From assembly GCA_020725025.1 (NCBI GenBank), contig DYFV01000017.1:10417-74416 (forward strand): a stretch of 64,000 nucleotides of DNA, written 5' to 3'. Under the pieces are notes generated by a model. That model was not told the origin of the DNA. It made no database searches and worked only from the letters and a program-made list of their open reading frames with translations. Origin of the DNA: Azoarcus sp. GTDB lineage: Bacteria; Pseudomonadota; Gammaproteobacteria; Burkholderiales; Rhodocyclaceae. Position numbers and translations under genes: made by a program. This document shows, piece by piece, positions 38,125 to 48,022 of this stretch (positions are counted from its first letter, which is position 1; the number at the start of each line of letters is the position of its first letter).

Positions 38125-38154
38125 CCTCCTCCCGTGTCCCGACCGGACGGCGGC

Positions 38155-38583
38155 TCAGCCCTCGCCCTCCGGCAGCATCTGCGGATTCCAGGCAACCTCC
38201 CAGAGATGCCCGTCCGGATCCCGGAAGTAGCCGGCGTAGCCGCCCCAGAAGGTGTCCCGGGCAGGCTTCACGAGTTCCGCGCCGGCATCCTTCGCCTGCC
38301 TCATGACGACGTCGACCTCGTTTCTGGACGAAACGTTGTGCGCGAGCGCGAAATCGGTTGCGCCACGCGGTCCGGTCGGGATGCCGGCGTCGCGGGCGAG
38401 GCTCGCCCGCGGCCACAGGCCAAGCCTGAGGCCGGCCTGCAGGTCGAAGAAGGCCACCGCACCGTGCTCGAACTGGGTGCCGACGATGCCCTCGGTCCGC
38501 AGGCCGAGGCCATCGCGGTAGAAGCGCACCGCGCGCTCCAGGTCATCCACGCCGAGGGTGATCAGGCTGAGGTACGGTCTCAT
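38155..38583 (-). CDS. VOC/glyoxalase family protein
   Basis: LITLGVDDL...FYRDGLG, FWGGYAGYFRDPDGHLWEV. Confidence 0.9.
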   Translation of the reverse strand: MRPYLSLITLGVDDLERAVRFYRDGLGLRTEGIVGTQFEHGAVAFFDLQAGLRLGLWPRASLARDAGIPTGPRGATDFALAHNVSSRNEVDVVMRQAKDAGAELVKPARDTFWGGYAGYFRDPDGHLWEVAWNPQMLPEGEG

Positions 38584-38615
38584 GGGCGGCCTCCTCGAGA
38601 CGGGCCTTTCCGGGC

Positions 38616-39626
38616 TCACAGCCGAAGTTGACCGCGCGATCCCGGGTCAGATCCTTCGAACGCGCCGTCCTCGGCCTGCAGGACCCGGGCGAAGAGCTCA
38701 CGATCCACGTTGCCGCCCGAGGCCACCACCGCCACCTTGCAGCCCGCGCTGCGGCTGCGCTCCTGCATGGCCGCGGCCAGGGCGGCGGCGCCCGCGCCCT
38801 CGCAGGCGTTGTGGGTGCACTCGAACATCGTGCGCATGGCCGCCGCCACCTCCTCGTCGGACACCGTGACGATCCGGTCGACGCCGCGCCAGATGATCTC
38901 CAGCGCGTCGGGCTCGGGGGTGCGGCAGGCCATGCCGTCGGCGAGCCGGGTGCTCACCGGCGCATCCACCGCACGCCTAAGGTCGAAGGAGTCGGCGTAG
39001 GCGGTCGCCTGGGCCGACACGACCCCGACCACCTCCGTCTTCAGCCCGAGCGCGTCGCGAACCGCCACCATTCCGCAGATGCCTGAGCCGAGCCCGATCG
39101 GCACGTAGACCACGTCGAGCCCTCCGACGGCACCGAGCAGCTCGAGGCCGTAGGTGGCCACACCGGCCACCAGCAGGGGGTGGAAGGCCGGCACCATGTG
39201 CAGGGAACGCTCGTCCGCGAGCCGCGCGGCGTGCTCCCTGGCCGCCTGGAAGTCGTCGCCATGCTCGATCAGCTCCACGCCCAGCGCGCGCATGGCGGCG
39301 TTCTTCTCCACGCTGTTGCCGTGGGGGACCACGATGGTCGCCGGCACGCCGTGTCGCCGCGCCGCGTATCCGATGGATTGCCCATGATTGCCCCGGGTCG
39401 CGCTGATCACGCCGCTCCCGAGCTTCCCGGAGCGGGCGAAATGGTCGAAGTAGACCAGGCCGCCGCGGATCTTGAAGGCACCGATCGGCGTGTGGTTCTC
39501 ATGCTTGACCCACACCGGGGCGCCGAGCTGCTCGCACAGCAGGGGCCAGCAGTACTGCGGCGTGGGCCGCATCTCGGAGTAGACGATCTCGGCCGCGGTC
39601 CGAATCTCGTTCAGATCAGGTTGCAC
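38616..39626 (-). CDS. PLP-dependent threonine/serine dehydratase family enzyme
   Basis: KHEN...GAFKIRG, TRGNHG, PIGLGSG, SGGN. Confidence 0.9.
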   Translation of the reverse strand: MQPDLNEIRTAAEIVYSEMRPTPQYCWPLLCEQLGAPVWVKHENHTPIGAFKIRGGLVYFDHFARSGKLGSGVISATRGNHGQSIGYAARRHGVPATIVVPHGNSVEKNAAMRALGVELIEHGDDFQAAREHAARLADERSLHMVPAFHPLLVAGVATYGLELLGAVGGLDVVYVPIGLGSGICGMVAVRDALGLKTEVVGVVSAQATAYADSFDLRRAVDAPVSTRLADGMACRTPEPDALEIIWRGVDRIVTVSDEEVAAAMRTMFECTHNACEGAGAAALAAAMQERSRSAGCKVAVVASGGNVDRELFARVLQAEDGAFEGSDPGSRGQLRL

Positions 39627-39711
39627 GGAGCCACCTCATGTTCAGGGGTTGGGGGAAACCGGTCACTGCTTGTGCCGCATCTTTTCGGGCGCCGACGGGC
39701 GGGCCCTGCCG

Positions 39712-40107
39712 TCATCGCTTCCGGCGGATCACGAAGGCGTTGTCCGCGAGCTCGAAGCCCACCCGCGGGTAGTAGGTCATGGCGCCCGGGGCTGCGAGCA
39801 GGATGACGGCAACCTCGTCGCCGAGCGCCGCCCGCAGCCGCCCCAGGAACTCCCGGCCGATGCCTCGCTTCTGCCAGGCGGCATCCACCGCGAGATCCGA
39901 GAGGTAGCAGCAGTAGGCGAAATCGGTAAGCGCCCGGCACACACCGACGAGCCGGTTGCCCGCCCAGGCCGAAAGCACGGCGTTCGAGTTGTCGAACATC
40001 CGGCCGATGCGCGCCAGATCGCCGGTGGGCCGCCGGAGACCGGCCGCGTCGAAGACCCGCGCGATCTCGGCGGGGTCCAGGGGTTCGTTGAAGCGGTATT
40101 CGATCAT
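39712..40107 (-). CDS. GNAT acetyltransferase
   Basis: MIEYRFNEPL...YLSDLAVD..WQKRGIG...YYPRVGF; C-terminal part of ORF 39712..40956. Confidence 0.85.
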   Translation of the reverse strand: MIEYRFNEPLDPAEIARVFDAAGLRRPTGDLARIGRMFDNSNAVLSAWAGNRLVGVCRALTDFAYCCYLSDLAVDAAWQKRGIGREFLGRLRAALGDEVAVILLAAPGAMTYYPRVGFELADNAFVIRRKR

Positions 40108-40320
40108 GGGCTCTCCGGAAGCCTCGGCGGCACGCGGCGGGTTATCGGGAAGGTACGTGGCGGCAATGCCATCGTCAATGCCGGGGCCATCCCGCCACTC
40201 ACGCCGGAGCTCCGGCCCCGATGGCGCTTTTCCCGCTTCGTTGCGCGATCTACGATGAAACGGATGCACCCTCTTTGCCGCAATCGCGGCGATCCCCCTC
40301 CTTTCCCCGGGCTCAGCTCC

Positions 40321-40992
40321 ATGCAACTCGGCGCTGCCGTGACCGGGCTCGCGGTCTGCGTGCTCGTGGGCTGCGCGCCCGATGCCGGCGACGCCGCCAG
40401 GACCGACCGGTCCGATACACCCGAAAGCGGGACCGCTTCGCCCGAACAACGGGCCGAAACGGCCATGCGCAAGGCCGAGACGCTGGAGGAGAAAGCCTCC
40501 AGCGAGGGCTCGGGGGAGCAGCCGAAGCGCTCCGAGACCATCACCCGCAAGGAAGTACAGGCGGTGGACCCGAAGGGCCGGCAAGCGCTCGACGACGCCA
40601 TCACCTGCCTCGCCCGAAGCATCTACTGGGAAACCAAGGGTGAGGAGGTGGCGGGCATGGAGGCCGTGGCCAGCGTGGTGATGAACCGGCTGGGCCAGCC
40701 CGGCTTTCCCGACACGGTGTGCGGAGTCGTCAAGCAGGGCCGGGAGACCGGCTCCTGCCAGTTCTCCTGGTGGTGCGACGGCCGCGCGGACACGGTGCAG
40801 GAACCCCAGCGCTACGAGATCGCCAAGGAGGTGGCCCGCAAGGCGCTCAACGGCCAGCTGCGGGACCGCACCGACGGCGCCACCTACTTTCACCACGAGC
40901 GCGTGACGCCCGCCTGGGCGAAGACCTTCGAGCGCACAGCGGCCATCGGCGACCACCGCTTCTACAAGCCGGCGGAAGACGGGAAGCGCTGA
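40321..40992 (+). CDS. SleB/Hydrolase_2 cell-wall hydrolase, probable lipoprotein
   Basis: LVGC lipobox; CLARSIYWE, VVMNR..FPDTVCGVV, CQFSW, GATYFH, IGDHRFY. Confidence 0.88.
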   Translation: MQLGAAVTGLAVCVLVGCAPDAGDAARTDRSDTPESGTASPEQRAETAMRKAETLEEKASSEGSGEQPKRSETITRKEVQAVDPKGRQALDDAITCLARSIYWETKGEEVAGMEAVASVVMNRLGQPGFPDTVCGVVKQGRETGSCQFSWWCDGRADTVQEPQRYEIAKEVARKALNGQLRDRTDGATYFHHERVTPAWAKTFERTAAIGDHRFYKPAEDGKR

Positions 40993-41074
40993 AGCTCCGC
41001 TCGCCGCTCCCGGCGGAGCGAAGCGGAGACTCCCGGGCCGGCGTGGGAGCGGGTAATCGAATCCCCGTCCTGCC

Positions 41075-41491
41075 TCAGAATCCGACCACTCTCCTCCCGC
41101 CCTCGAGCATCAACCGCGCCATGTCCGCCGGCTTCGCGGGCTCGATCCCCTCCTTCAGGTCCTCCGCCTTCGTCCCGGTGTTCGGAAGGTAGAGCGCGCA
41201 GACGGAAGCGGAGGCACCCTTCTTCATGGCACCGACCAGCAACTGCGCCGGCGTGACGTTGTTGGGCTTGAGCGCCTGGCCGCCGGCGTCCTCGAGCGCC
41301 AGGTCGCCGGCCGCATCGCACAGGAGGATGTCGACCTGCGCGCCCTGCTCCTGCATCTGGTTGGCCAGGACCATGGCCATGCCTTGCGTCATCGGGCTCC
41401 CGTCGCTCAGCACGACGGTGACGGCCTGCTTCTCGGCCAGGGCGGCGGTGGAACCGATGGCCAGGGCGAGGGCGACGAGGGTCTTCTTCAT
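41075..41491 (-). CDS. Exported DsrE/DsrF-like protein
   Basis: MKK signal peptide; LLCDAAG and VCALYL cysteines; RBS AGGAG. Confidence 0.65.
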   Translation of the reverse strand: MKKTLVALALAIGSTAALAEKQAVTVVLSDGSPMTQGMAMVLANQMQEQGAQVDILLCDAAGDLALEDAGGQALKPNNVTPAQLLVGAMKKGASASVCALYLPNTGTKAEDLKEGIEPAKPADMARLMLEGGRRVVGF

Positions 41492-41572
41492 GGTGCTGCT
41501 CCTTCGAGGTGTGTGGGGAAAGACGGCCGGGCGCCGGCGCATCGCGCCGGCAGACCGAAGGAGCAGCACGTC

Positions 41573-41587
41573 GCAAGGGCTGTGCCA
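41573..41587 (-). promoter_or_regulatory. Sigma54 promoter
   Basis: TGGCACAGCCCTTGC, near-consensus, ~80 bp upstream of ATG 41491. Confidence 0.75.
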
Positions 41588-41756
41588 TCGGCACGGCGCG
41601 ACCAGTCGATCGCGCGAAACCACGGCACCGCAAGGAAAACGCCGGGGCCGAGCCAGGCGCGCATGCGGCGCGCCGCATCGCCATGCTGCCGCAGGCGGCA
41701 GCATGGTCGGCAGGCTGGCAGGGCGCTGGCAGATCCGCGCCCCCGGACACGACGCC

Positions 41757-42377
41757 TCACCGTCCGTTCGCAATCCGCAGCCAGTCCTCGGGCGCCAGGT
41801 GCGCGACGACCTCGAAGCCGCCCTTGCCGTCGGGGCGCACCACCGCCGCCCCGCCCTCGACCGGCCGACGGTCCGACACCAGCATGAAGACGTTGCCGTG
41901 CGCCACCAGCACGGTGTTCGTGTCCGCGGGCGGCGGTGTCGCCAGGAGCCGCCGGGCGCCGCGCCGCAGCGCCTCGGTGCCGCCGACGTGTCGCGCGTGG
42001 GTCGCGTTGAGCAGGTTCGGGCTCGTCTCCACGGGGCCGACCCCGAGGAGCCGGGCGGTCTCCTGCGTCCGGCAGAATCCGCTCGCCAGGACCCGATCGA
42101 CCGGGATCCCGAGGCGGCGCATCGCCTCGCCCACCTGCCGCGCGGTTTCCCGCCCGGCGGCGGAGAGCTGGCGCATCTCGTCCGGATCGCAGCTCTCCCA
42201 GCCCGCGTCGTGCCGGCGATCGGACTGGGACCAGTCCGTCTGGGCGTGGCGGAAGTACAGCACGTAGCCGCCCTGGCGCAGCGACTCGACCAGGGTCCGA
42301 TCGGCCGCGTGCGCGAATGCGGGCACCAACAGGAGGAGCAGGATCCGGCGGACGAACGGCTGCCACGGTGCGCTCAT
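41757..42377 (-). CDS. Exported histidine phosphatase family protein
   Basis: Signal peptide; YFRHAQT, CRTQETA, LVAH. Confidence 0.85.
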   Translation of the reverse strand: MSAPWQPFVRRILLLLLVPAFAHAADRTLVESLRQGGYVLYFRHAQTDWSQSDRRHDAGWESCDPDEMRQLSAAGRETARQVGEAMRRLGIPVDRVLASGFCRTQETARLLGVGPVETSPNLLNATHARHVGGTEALRRGARRLLATPPPADTNTVLVAHGNVFMLVSDRRPVEGGAAVVRPDGKGGFEVVAHLAPEDWLRIANGR

Positions 42378-42461
42378 CGCATCCTCCCCTCTCGATATCG
42401 ATAGCCCTTGGACCTGCGGATCGCCGGAAGATCTGCGCGGAGCCCGACCCGCGCGCGCCGC

Positions 42462-43055
42462 TCACATCCCCGGCATCCCTACGAATCCCGGCAGCGCTTC
42501 CACCCGCCCGATCCAGCGCCGGACATTGGCGTACGGCTCGCGCGACACGCCGCCCTCGTGAGCGAGCGCCACGTAGGGAAACACCGCGCAGTCGGCGATG
42601 GTGGGACGCCCCTGTACGAGCCAGTCGTGATGGGCGAGATGGGCGTCGATCAGGGACAGGATGCGGGTGGACCGGCCCAGCGCCTCGGCCTTTTCGCCGG
42701 CACCGCCGAACTTCTCGATGCGCCGCGCGGTGGCCGGGCCGCTCTGAATCTCGTTGGCGGCGGTGGACAGCCACTGCACCACCTCCGCCATGCCGGCCGG
42801 GTCGCGCGGCAGCCAGGCTTCGCCGGCGTAGCGGGCGGCGAGATAGACCAGAATCGCCTGGGAGTCGCGCAGCACCACCTCGCCGTCCTCCAGGACCGGC
42901 AGCTCGCCCCAGGGGTTGAGGGTGAGGAGCGGCGCCCGCTTGTGCTCGCCCTTGCGGAAATCCACGGGGACGCGCTCCAGATCGATGCCCGTCAGGGCCG
43001 CGAACAACCTCACCTTGTAGCAGTTGCCGGACAGCTCCAGGTCGTACAGTCTCAT
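42462..43055 (-). CDS. Glutathione S-transferase
   Basis: SGNCYKVRL, NPWGELPVL, DSQAIL, TIAD. Confidence 0.92.
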   Translation of the reverse strand: MRLYDLELSGNCYKVRLFAALTGIDLERVPVDFRKGEHKRAPLLTLNPWGELPVLEDGEVVLRDSQAILVYLAARYAGEAWLPRDPAGMAEVVQWLSTAANEIQSGPATARRIEKFGGAGEKAEALGRSTRILSLIDAHLAHHDWLVQGRPTIADCAVFPYVALAHEGGVSREPYANVRRWIGRVEALPGFVGMPGM

Positions 43056-43633
43056 TCTTGTCTCCTTGTCGGGTCGGTGGTGTCGGGGCGAGCGAGGCGA
43101 TCGCGCCACTCGCTCTCGGTATAGCGCGGCGTGATGTGTTGCGAGCAGTTCCAGTCGAAGGTCTCGACCTCGATCGCCACGAGCCGCTCGGCCGGCGGAG
43201 CGGCTTGGGCGGGTTGCGCGGGGGCGAGCAGCTCCGGCGGAGCGTCCTCCATGCCGACCACCCGGGCGCGGCCGTAGATCTTCAGGCGCCGGCGCGTCGG
43301 GTAATCGACCAGGATGAGCGCGACCCGTGCATCGTGATCGAGGTTGCCGACGGTGACGAACTGGCGGTTGCCGCCGTAATCGGCGAAGGCGATGCGCTTC
43401 CCGTCGATGGCGCGCAGGAAGCCCGCCGGACCGCCGCGGTGCTGCACATAGGGCCAGCCGTTCTCGCCGACCGTGGCGAGGTAGAAGCTGTCGCGCGCGG
43501 CGATGAAGTCGGCCTCGCGGGCACCGAGGGTGTCGCGCGCCACTCGCGCCGCGCCCACCTCGCGTCCCAAGTAGCGGCGCTGAGCCCGCCGCACGCTGTC
43601 GGTGAAGGCGATGTCGCCGAAATTCCGGGCCAT
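43052..43633 (-). CDS. Pyridoxamine 5'-phosphate oxidase family FMN-binding protein
   Basis: FYLATV...PYVQHRGG..GFL, ADYGGNRQ, DWNCSQHITPRY. Confidence 0.88.
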   Translation of the reverse strand: MARNFGDIAFTDSVRRAQRRYLGREVGAARVARDTLGAREADFIAARDSFYLATVGENGWPYVQHRGGPAGFLRAIDGKRIAFADYGGNRQFVTVGNLDHDARVALILVDYPTRRRLKIYGRARVVGMEDAPPELLAPAQPAQAAPPAERLVAIEVETFDWNCSQHITPRYTESEWRDRLARPDTTDPTRRQE

Positions 43634-43738
43634 GGTGATCTCCGTCGGGGGAATGGCCCCATTGTCATTGCTGGCGACGCGATCAATAAATAGACTCGTC
43701 CGCACATCACTGATGCGAAATCCGGAGTAATTTGCCCC

Positions 43739-44647
43739 ATGGACAAGCTCCGCGCCATGACCGCCTTCGTGCGCATCGTCGAAGCGGGCAGCCTCACCGC
43801 CGCGGCCGAACGCCTGGGCACCTCGCTCACCTCGGTGGTGCGCGGCCTCGCCGCGCTCGAAACTGCGCTCGGGGTGCGGCTTCTCAATCGCACCACACGC
43901 CGGATCGCACTCACCGACGAAGGCCGGGAGTACTTCGAGCGCTGCCGACGCCTGCTCGCCGAGCTGGAAGAGGCCGAAGCGTCCCTCACCGCGCGCCAGA
44001 CCGAACCGGCCGGCCGCCTGGCGCTCACCGCACCGGTGATGTTCGGGCGCCTGCACGTGGCGCCGATCCTCGCGGACTTCCTCGCCGCCCACCCCAAGGT
44101 GCACGGCGAGTTGCTGCTGGTCGACCGCATCGTGGACGTGCTGGACGAAGGCATGGACCTCGCCCTGCGCATCGGCCACCTCGGCGACTCGTCGCTGGTG
44201 ACGCTGCCGGTCGGCAGCACCGGCCGCATCGTCTGCGCGAGCCCCGCCTACCTCGCCCGCCACGGCACGCCGCGCGAGCCCGCGGATCTCGCCGCCCACC
44301 GCTGCATCCGCTTCACCGGGCTCGGGCAGGCCGGCGAATGGCGCTTCGGCGGAGCGGGCTCGGAAACCCGGGTGGCGATCGACGGCGTGCTCACCACCAA
44401 CCAGGTGGACGCCGCCATCGACGCCTGCGTGCGCGGTCTAGGCTGCGGTCGCTTCCTCGCCTACCAGGTCGAGGCGCTCCTCGCCGACGGCCGGCTGCGG
44501 CGCATCCTCGCCCCCTTCGAGCCGCCGCCCTTCCCCGTGCAGCTCGCCTGGCCCCACGCGCGCCTGCTCTCCTCGCGCACGCGCGCCTTCATCGACTGGG
44601 CGGCGCCGCGGCTGCGGGAGCGGCTCGGAGCGGCGGAAAGCGGCTAG
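43739..44647 (+). CDS. LysR family transcriptional regulator
   Basis: GSLTAAA HTH, LLNRTTRRIALT; divergent from the PNPOx-GST pair. Confidence 0.93.
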   Translation: MDKLRAMTAFVRIVEAGSLTAAAERLGTSLTSVVRGLAALETALGVRLLNRTTRRIALTDEGREYFERCRRLLAELEEAEASLTARQTEPAGRLALTAPVMFGRLHVAPILADFLAAHPKVHGELLLVDRIVDVLDEGMDLALRIGHLGDSSLVTLPVGSTGRIVCASPAYLARHGTPREPADLAAHRCIRFTGLGQAGEWRFGGAGSETRVAIDGVLTTNQVDAAIDACVRGLGCGRFLAYQVEALLADGRLRRILAPFEPPPFPVQLAWPHARLLSSRTRAFIDWAAPRLRERLGAAESG

Positions 44648-44731
44648 CGCCAGCCCGGATTCGATCGGCGGACGGGAGTCCGGGCACGGCGCAGGGCAAG
44701 GCCGAGTCCACTCCCCGCCCTCCGCTTCGCT

Positions 44732-46471
44732 TCATCCGACCGACGGCCCGCCCCCCGGCGCGGCGTGCGCCAGGTCGATCACCGCGCCGACCAGCGCGGC
44801 GTGAACGAAGGCCTGAGGAAAGTTGCCCAGCGGCTGCCCGCAGGCCATGTCGGCCTCTTCGGCAAGCAAGCCGAGGTCGTTGCCGCAGGCGAGCACCCGC
44901 TCGATGATCCGGCGGGCCCGCTCGGTCTCGCCGCGCATCACCCAGTACTGAGCCACCCACAGGCTGGCGGCGAGGAAGGCACCTTCCCGCCGGGCGTCCG
45001 CGCATTCGAGATGGCGCCGGAAAAGCAGCCCGTCGGGCGAGCAGTCGCGCTCGAGCGCCGCGATGGTCGCCGTCATCTCCGGCGCATCGGCCGCGGTGTA
45101 TGCCCACACGGGGAACAGCGCGGCCGACGCATCGACCGCCTCGCTGCCCGCGAAGACGGCGTAGGCGCCCCCCTTCGTCCGACAGTGGCGCGCCACGAAG
45201 CGCCGGATCGCCCCGACCGCCTCGCGCCAGCGTGCCGCCTGGGCCGCCCGGGGAGCGAACTCGGCAATCGAGTCGAGGCCGCAGGCGGCCACCACCTTGC
45301 CGGCGGTATATTGCCGGCGGATCGGCTCCTCCCAGATGCCGTGGTCCGGCTCGTGCCAGTGCTCGGCCACGAAGTCCGCGACGGCGGCCACCGTGTCCCA
45401 GTGCGGCCGGTCCTCGGTGCGCGCGTAGAGCAGCTTTGCCGCCAGCAGCACGTTGGCGAAGGCGTCGAGCTGGAACTGGCTGCCGGCGCCGTTGCCGGCC
45501 AGCACCGGGCGGCTGCCGAGGTAACCGGCCAGCGGAAGGCGCTCCTCCCCGGGTGCAGCCTTTCCATCCGGCGTCGCGAGCACCGGCAGCGGATAGTCGG
45601 GGGATGTGCCGCGGGAGCTGCAGATGAAGCCGAGATAGGCCTCCCCCTCCCCCAGGCTGCCGCCGAGCCGCAGGAGCGCGCTCGCGATCATTCCGGCATC
45701 GCGCAGCCATACGTAGCGGTAGTCCCAGTTGCGCGCCCCGCCGGGGATCTCGGGGAGCGAGGTGGTGGCCGCGGCGACGATGCCGCCCGTCTCTTCGTGA
45801 CACAGCAGGCGGATCGCTCGCAGCGAGTTGCGCACCGTATCCCGGTAAAGCCCCTCATAGGGCGAACGCGCGGCGAGCGCCTCCCAACGCGCGCGCGTCG
45901 TCTCGCGCCAGCGCTCGAGCGCCTGCGGCGTGGGTGCACCCATGTCGGCCGGACCGAGCACCATCCAGCCGGCCTCGCGCGGCGGCAGCTCGAACACGAC
46001 CACGTCCTTGCGGATCTGCAATGGGTGGGAGGCATGCACGGCCTGGCCGGCGCCGAGGTGCACCGCCTTCCCTGCCCGCGCCGGCCGCACGGGGGCACGC
46101 CCATAGTCGGGGCGCGCGGCGAGCACCAGACGTATCCCGACGGGCGCCGGCGCCACCTGGCGGCAGATCGCCCCGGCCGGCGCTCCGTCGCCCACCGGCA
46201 TCCAGTCGGTCACGCATACCTCGCCCTGGGGTGTGCCGAGCCGGGTTTCGAGGATCGCGCTGTCGCCGAGATAGCCCCGCCGGAGGGGCCGCGCATCGCC
46301 AGCCTCGACGGTCCACGCCCCCGCAGCCGGATCGAGCAGCGCTGCGAAGAGGCTCGGGCGGTCGAAGCGCTCCGGGCAGTACCAGACGACGGCCCCGTCG
46401 CTCGCCACCACCGCCGCCGTGCGGCGGTCGCCGATCAGGGCGCAATCGGCGATGCGGTAGTCGCTTGCCAC
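44732..46471 (-). CDS. Glycoside hydrolase family 15 (trehalase/glucoamylase-like)
   Basis: IADCALIGD, AAATTSLPE..GGARNWDYRYVWLRD, GIWE, GLLAEE, GNFPQAF; GTG start assumed. Confidence 0.88.
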   Translation of the reverse strand: MASDYRIADCALIGDRRTAAVVASDGAVVWYCPERFDRPSLFAALLDPAAGAWTVEAGDARPLRRGYLGDSAILETRLGTPQGEVCVTDWMPVGDGAPAGAICRQVAPAPVGIRLVLAARPDYGRAPVRPARAGKAVHLGAGQAVHASHPLQIRKDVVVFELPPREAGWMVLGPADMGAPTPQALERWRETTRARWEALAARSPYEGLYRDTVRNSLRAIRLLCHEETGGIVAAATTSLPEIPGGARNWDYRYVWLRDAGMIASALLRLGGSLGEGEAYLGFICSSRGTSPDYPLPVLATPDGKAAPGEERLPLAGYLGSRPVLAGNGAGSQFQLDAFANVLLAAKLLYARTEDRPHWDTVAAVADFVAEHWHEPDHGIWEEPIRRQYTAGKVVAACGLDSIAEFAPRAAQAARWREAVGAIRRFVARHCRTKGGAYAVFAGSEAVDASAALFPVWAYTAADAPEMTATIAALERDCSPDGLLFRRHLECADARREGAFLAASLWVAQYWVMRGETERARRIIERVLACGNDLGLLAEEADMACGQPLGNFPQAFVHAALVGAVIDLAHAAPGGGPSVG

Positions 46472-46472
46472 C

Positions 46473-46685
46473 TCAGGCGCCCGAATAGCCCTGTCCGGCC
46501 GGCTCGTGGCAGGTGCCGCAACCCGGTACGCGAGCGCCCACGGCTCCAGCGCGAAGAGCGCGCGGATCACCGGTGGTGGCGGGCATCGGCCCCTCGGCGA
46601 GACCCGGGAATCCCCGGCCGACGATGGGGACGAACACGGCGATCGCCCCCGCGTGGTCCCTACCGGACAATCGATGGACCTTCAT
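46473..46685 (-). pseudogene. Possible cytochrome c gene relic
   Basis: CGTCHEPAGQGYSGA then stop; CxxCH with G-Q-G context but no distal ligand region. Confidence 0.3.
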
Positions 46686-46861
46686 GGGAATAATCCTCCC
46701 GAATCCCCGGATGATCGCTCCCTGAAGGCGGCTCCTGCTTCTTCGTCAGCGGAAGCCCGGAAACGAGCCGCCTACGACAGGCGACACCGCGCCAGACCCG
46801 CCGTTCCCCCGGCGATCCGGCCGACCGTCGCGCCGGGACCGGGTCGGCGTCCGACCGCTTC

Positions 46862-47011
46862 GGGGGTGTGAAGAAATCGTCGCGAGCGGGCCGAGGGCGA
46901 GGCGCGCGGCGCGCGGCGCGCGGCGACCGAGACATGTCGAGGCGATAGGCGAGGGAGCGAGCACCGCGCAACGCAGCCATCGACCCGCGCAGCAGATTGA
47001 TTCCCGCCCTC
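46862..47011. repeat. MITE/long-REP-like palindromic element (~150 bp)
   Basis: Imperfect terminal IRs GGGGGTGTGAAGAAATC / GATTGATTCCCGCCCTC plus internal complementary arms; abuts the Sel1 gene stop codon. Confidence 0.5.
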
Positions 47012-47884
47012 TCAGCGGTCGCAGAACTGCTGATACAGCTCGCACAGCTGGGTCCTGTTCACCGGTTTGTCCATCGCCTCCCGCGCCATGACCTCGGCCT
47101 CGGCCACCTGGTCGCGCGAGAGCTCCCGGGCTTGAAGGGGCAAGGCCTTCGCGGCCATCGGGTCTCCGCCCTTGTCGGCTAGATAGAGCCACATGTAGGC
47201 CCGCACGTCGTCCTTCGGCACGCCCTCGCCCTTCATGTACCGGAAGGCGAGCTGCATCTGCGCCTTGGGCAGCCCTCCCCCGGCGGCCTTCGCCAGATGG
47301 CGGGCGGCCTCGGCCCGATCCTCGTCGACGCCCAGTCCGAAGAAATGGATGCGCCACAGCTCGTAATGGCAGGGGTCGCACTGCTCGGCGGCACGGCGGT
47401 ACCAGCGGATCGCCGTGCTCGTGTCCTTCTCGATGCCGAGGTAGGGGTAGCCCGCCTCGTACGCCTTGCCGAGCAGCATCTGGGCCATGAGCAGCCCCTG
47501 GTCGGCGGCGTCCGTCAGGAGCCGGACCGCTTCCCGGGCATCCTTCGGCACGCCGGCGCCCGCAGCGTAGCGACTCGACAGGGCGAACTGTGCGGGCGCG
47601 TGGCGCTGGTCCGCTGCGGCGCGCAGCCACTTCAGCGCCTCCGCCTCGTTCTTGTCGACGCCCCAGCCCTGCGAATACATCATGCTCAGGTTGAACTGCG
47701 CCCAGGCGTTGCCCTGCCCGGCGGCCTCGGTGCAGACCGGTAGCGCGTCCGAATAGCGCTGCGCGTCCAGAAGGCTGCGGCACTCGCTCGCGTCCTGCCA
47801 CGGTCCGTCGGCCGCCATCGCCGCACCGCCCGCGACCGTGGCGATAACGACGGCCGCGGCCAGATGGAGATATCTTCGTTTCAT
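47012..47884 (-). CDS. Exported Sel1-repeat protein
   Basis: Signal peptide; repeated AQFNL..MY..G.GV.K...A..W...AA.QG units. Confidence 0.9.
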   Translation of the reverse strand: MKRRYLHLAAAVVIATVAGGAAMAADGPWQDASECRSLLDAQRYSDALPVCTEAAGQGNAWAQFNLSMMYSQGWGVDKNEAEALKWLRAAADQRHAPAQFALSSRYAAGAGVPKDAREAVRLLTDAADQGLLMAQMLLGKAYEAGYPYLGIEKDTSTAIRWYRRAAEQCDPCHYELWRIHFFGLGVDEDRAEAARHLAKAAGGGLPKAQMQLAFRYMKGEGVPKDDVRAYMWLYLADKGGDPMAAKALPLQARELSRDQVAEAEVMAREAMDKPVNRTQLCELYQQFCDR

Positions 47885-48022
47885 TTCCCCGCCTCCCTCG
47901 ACGTCCCGCGTCAGCCCCAACAGGCGGCTGCGCATACCTCACTGTCATTGTAGACGCCGGGCCGCGCTTCATCTGCCCATCGGGCGGCCCCGGGCCGCCC
48001 CCGGGGGCGGGGCGGCTCCGCC

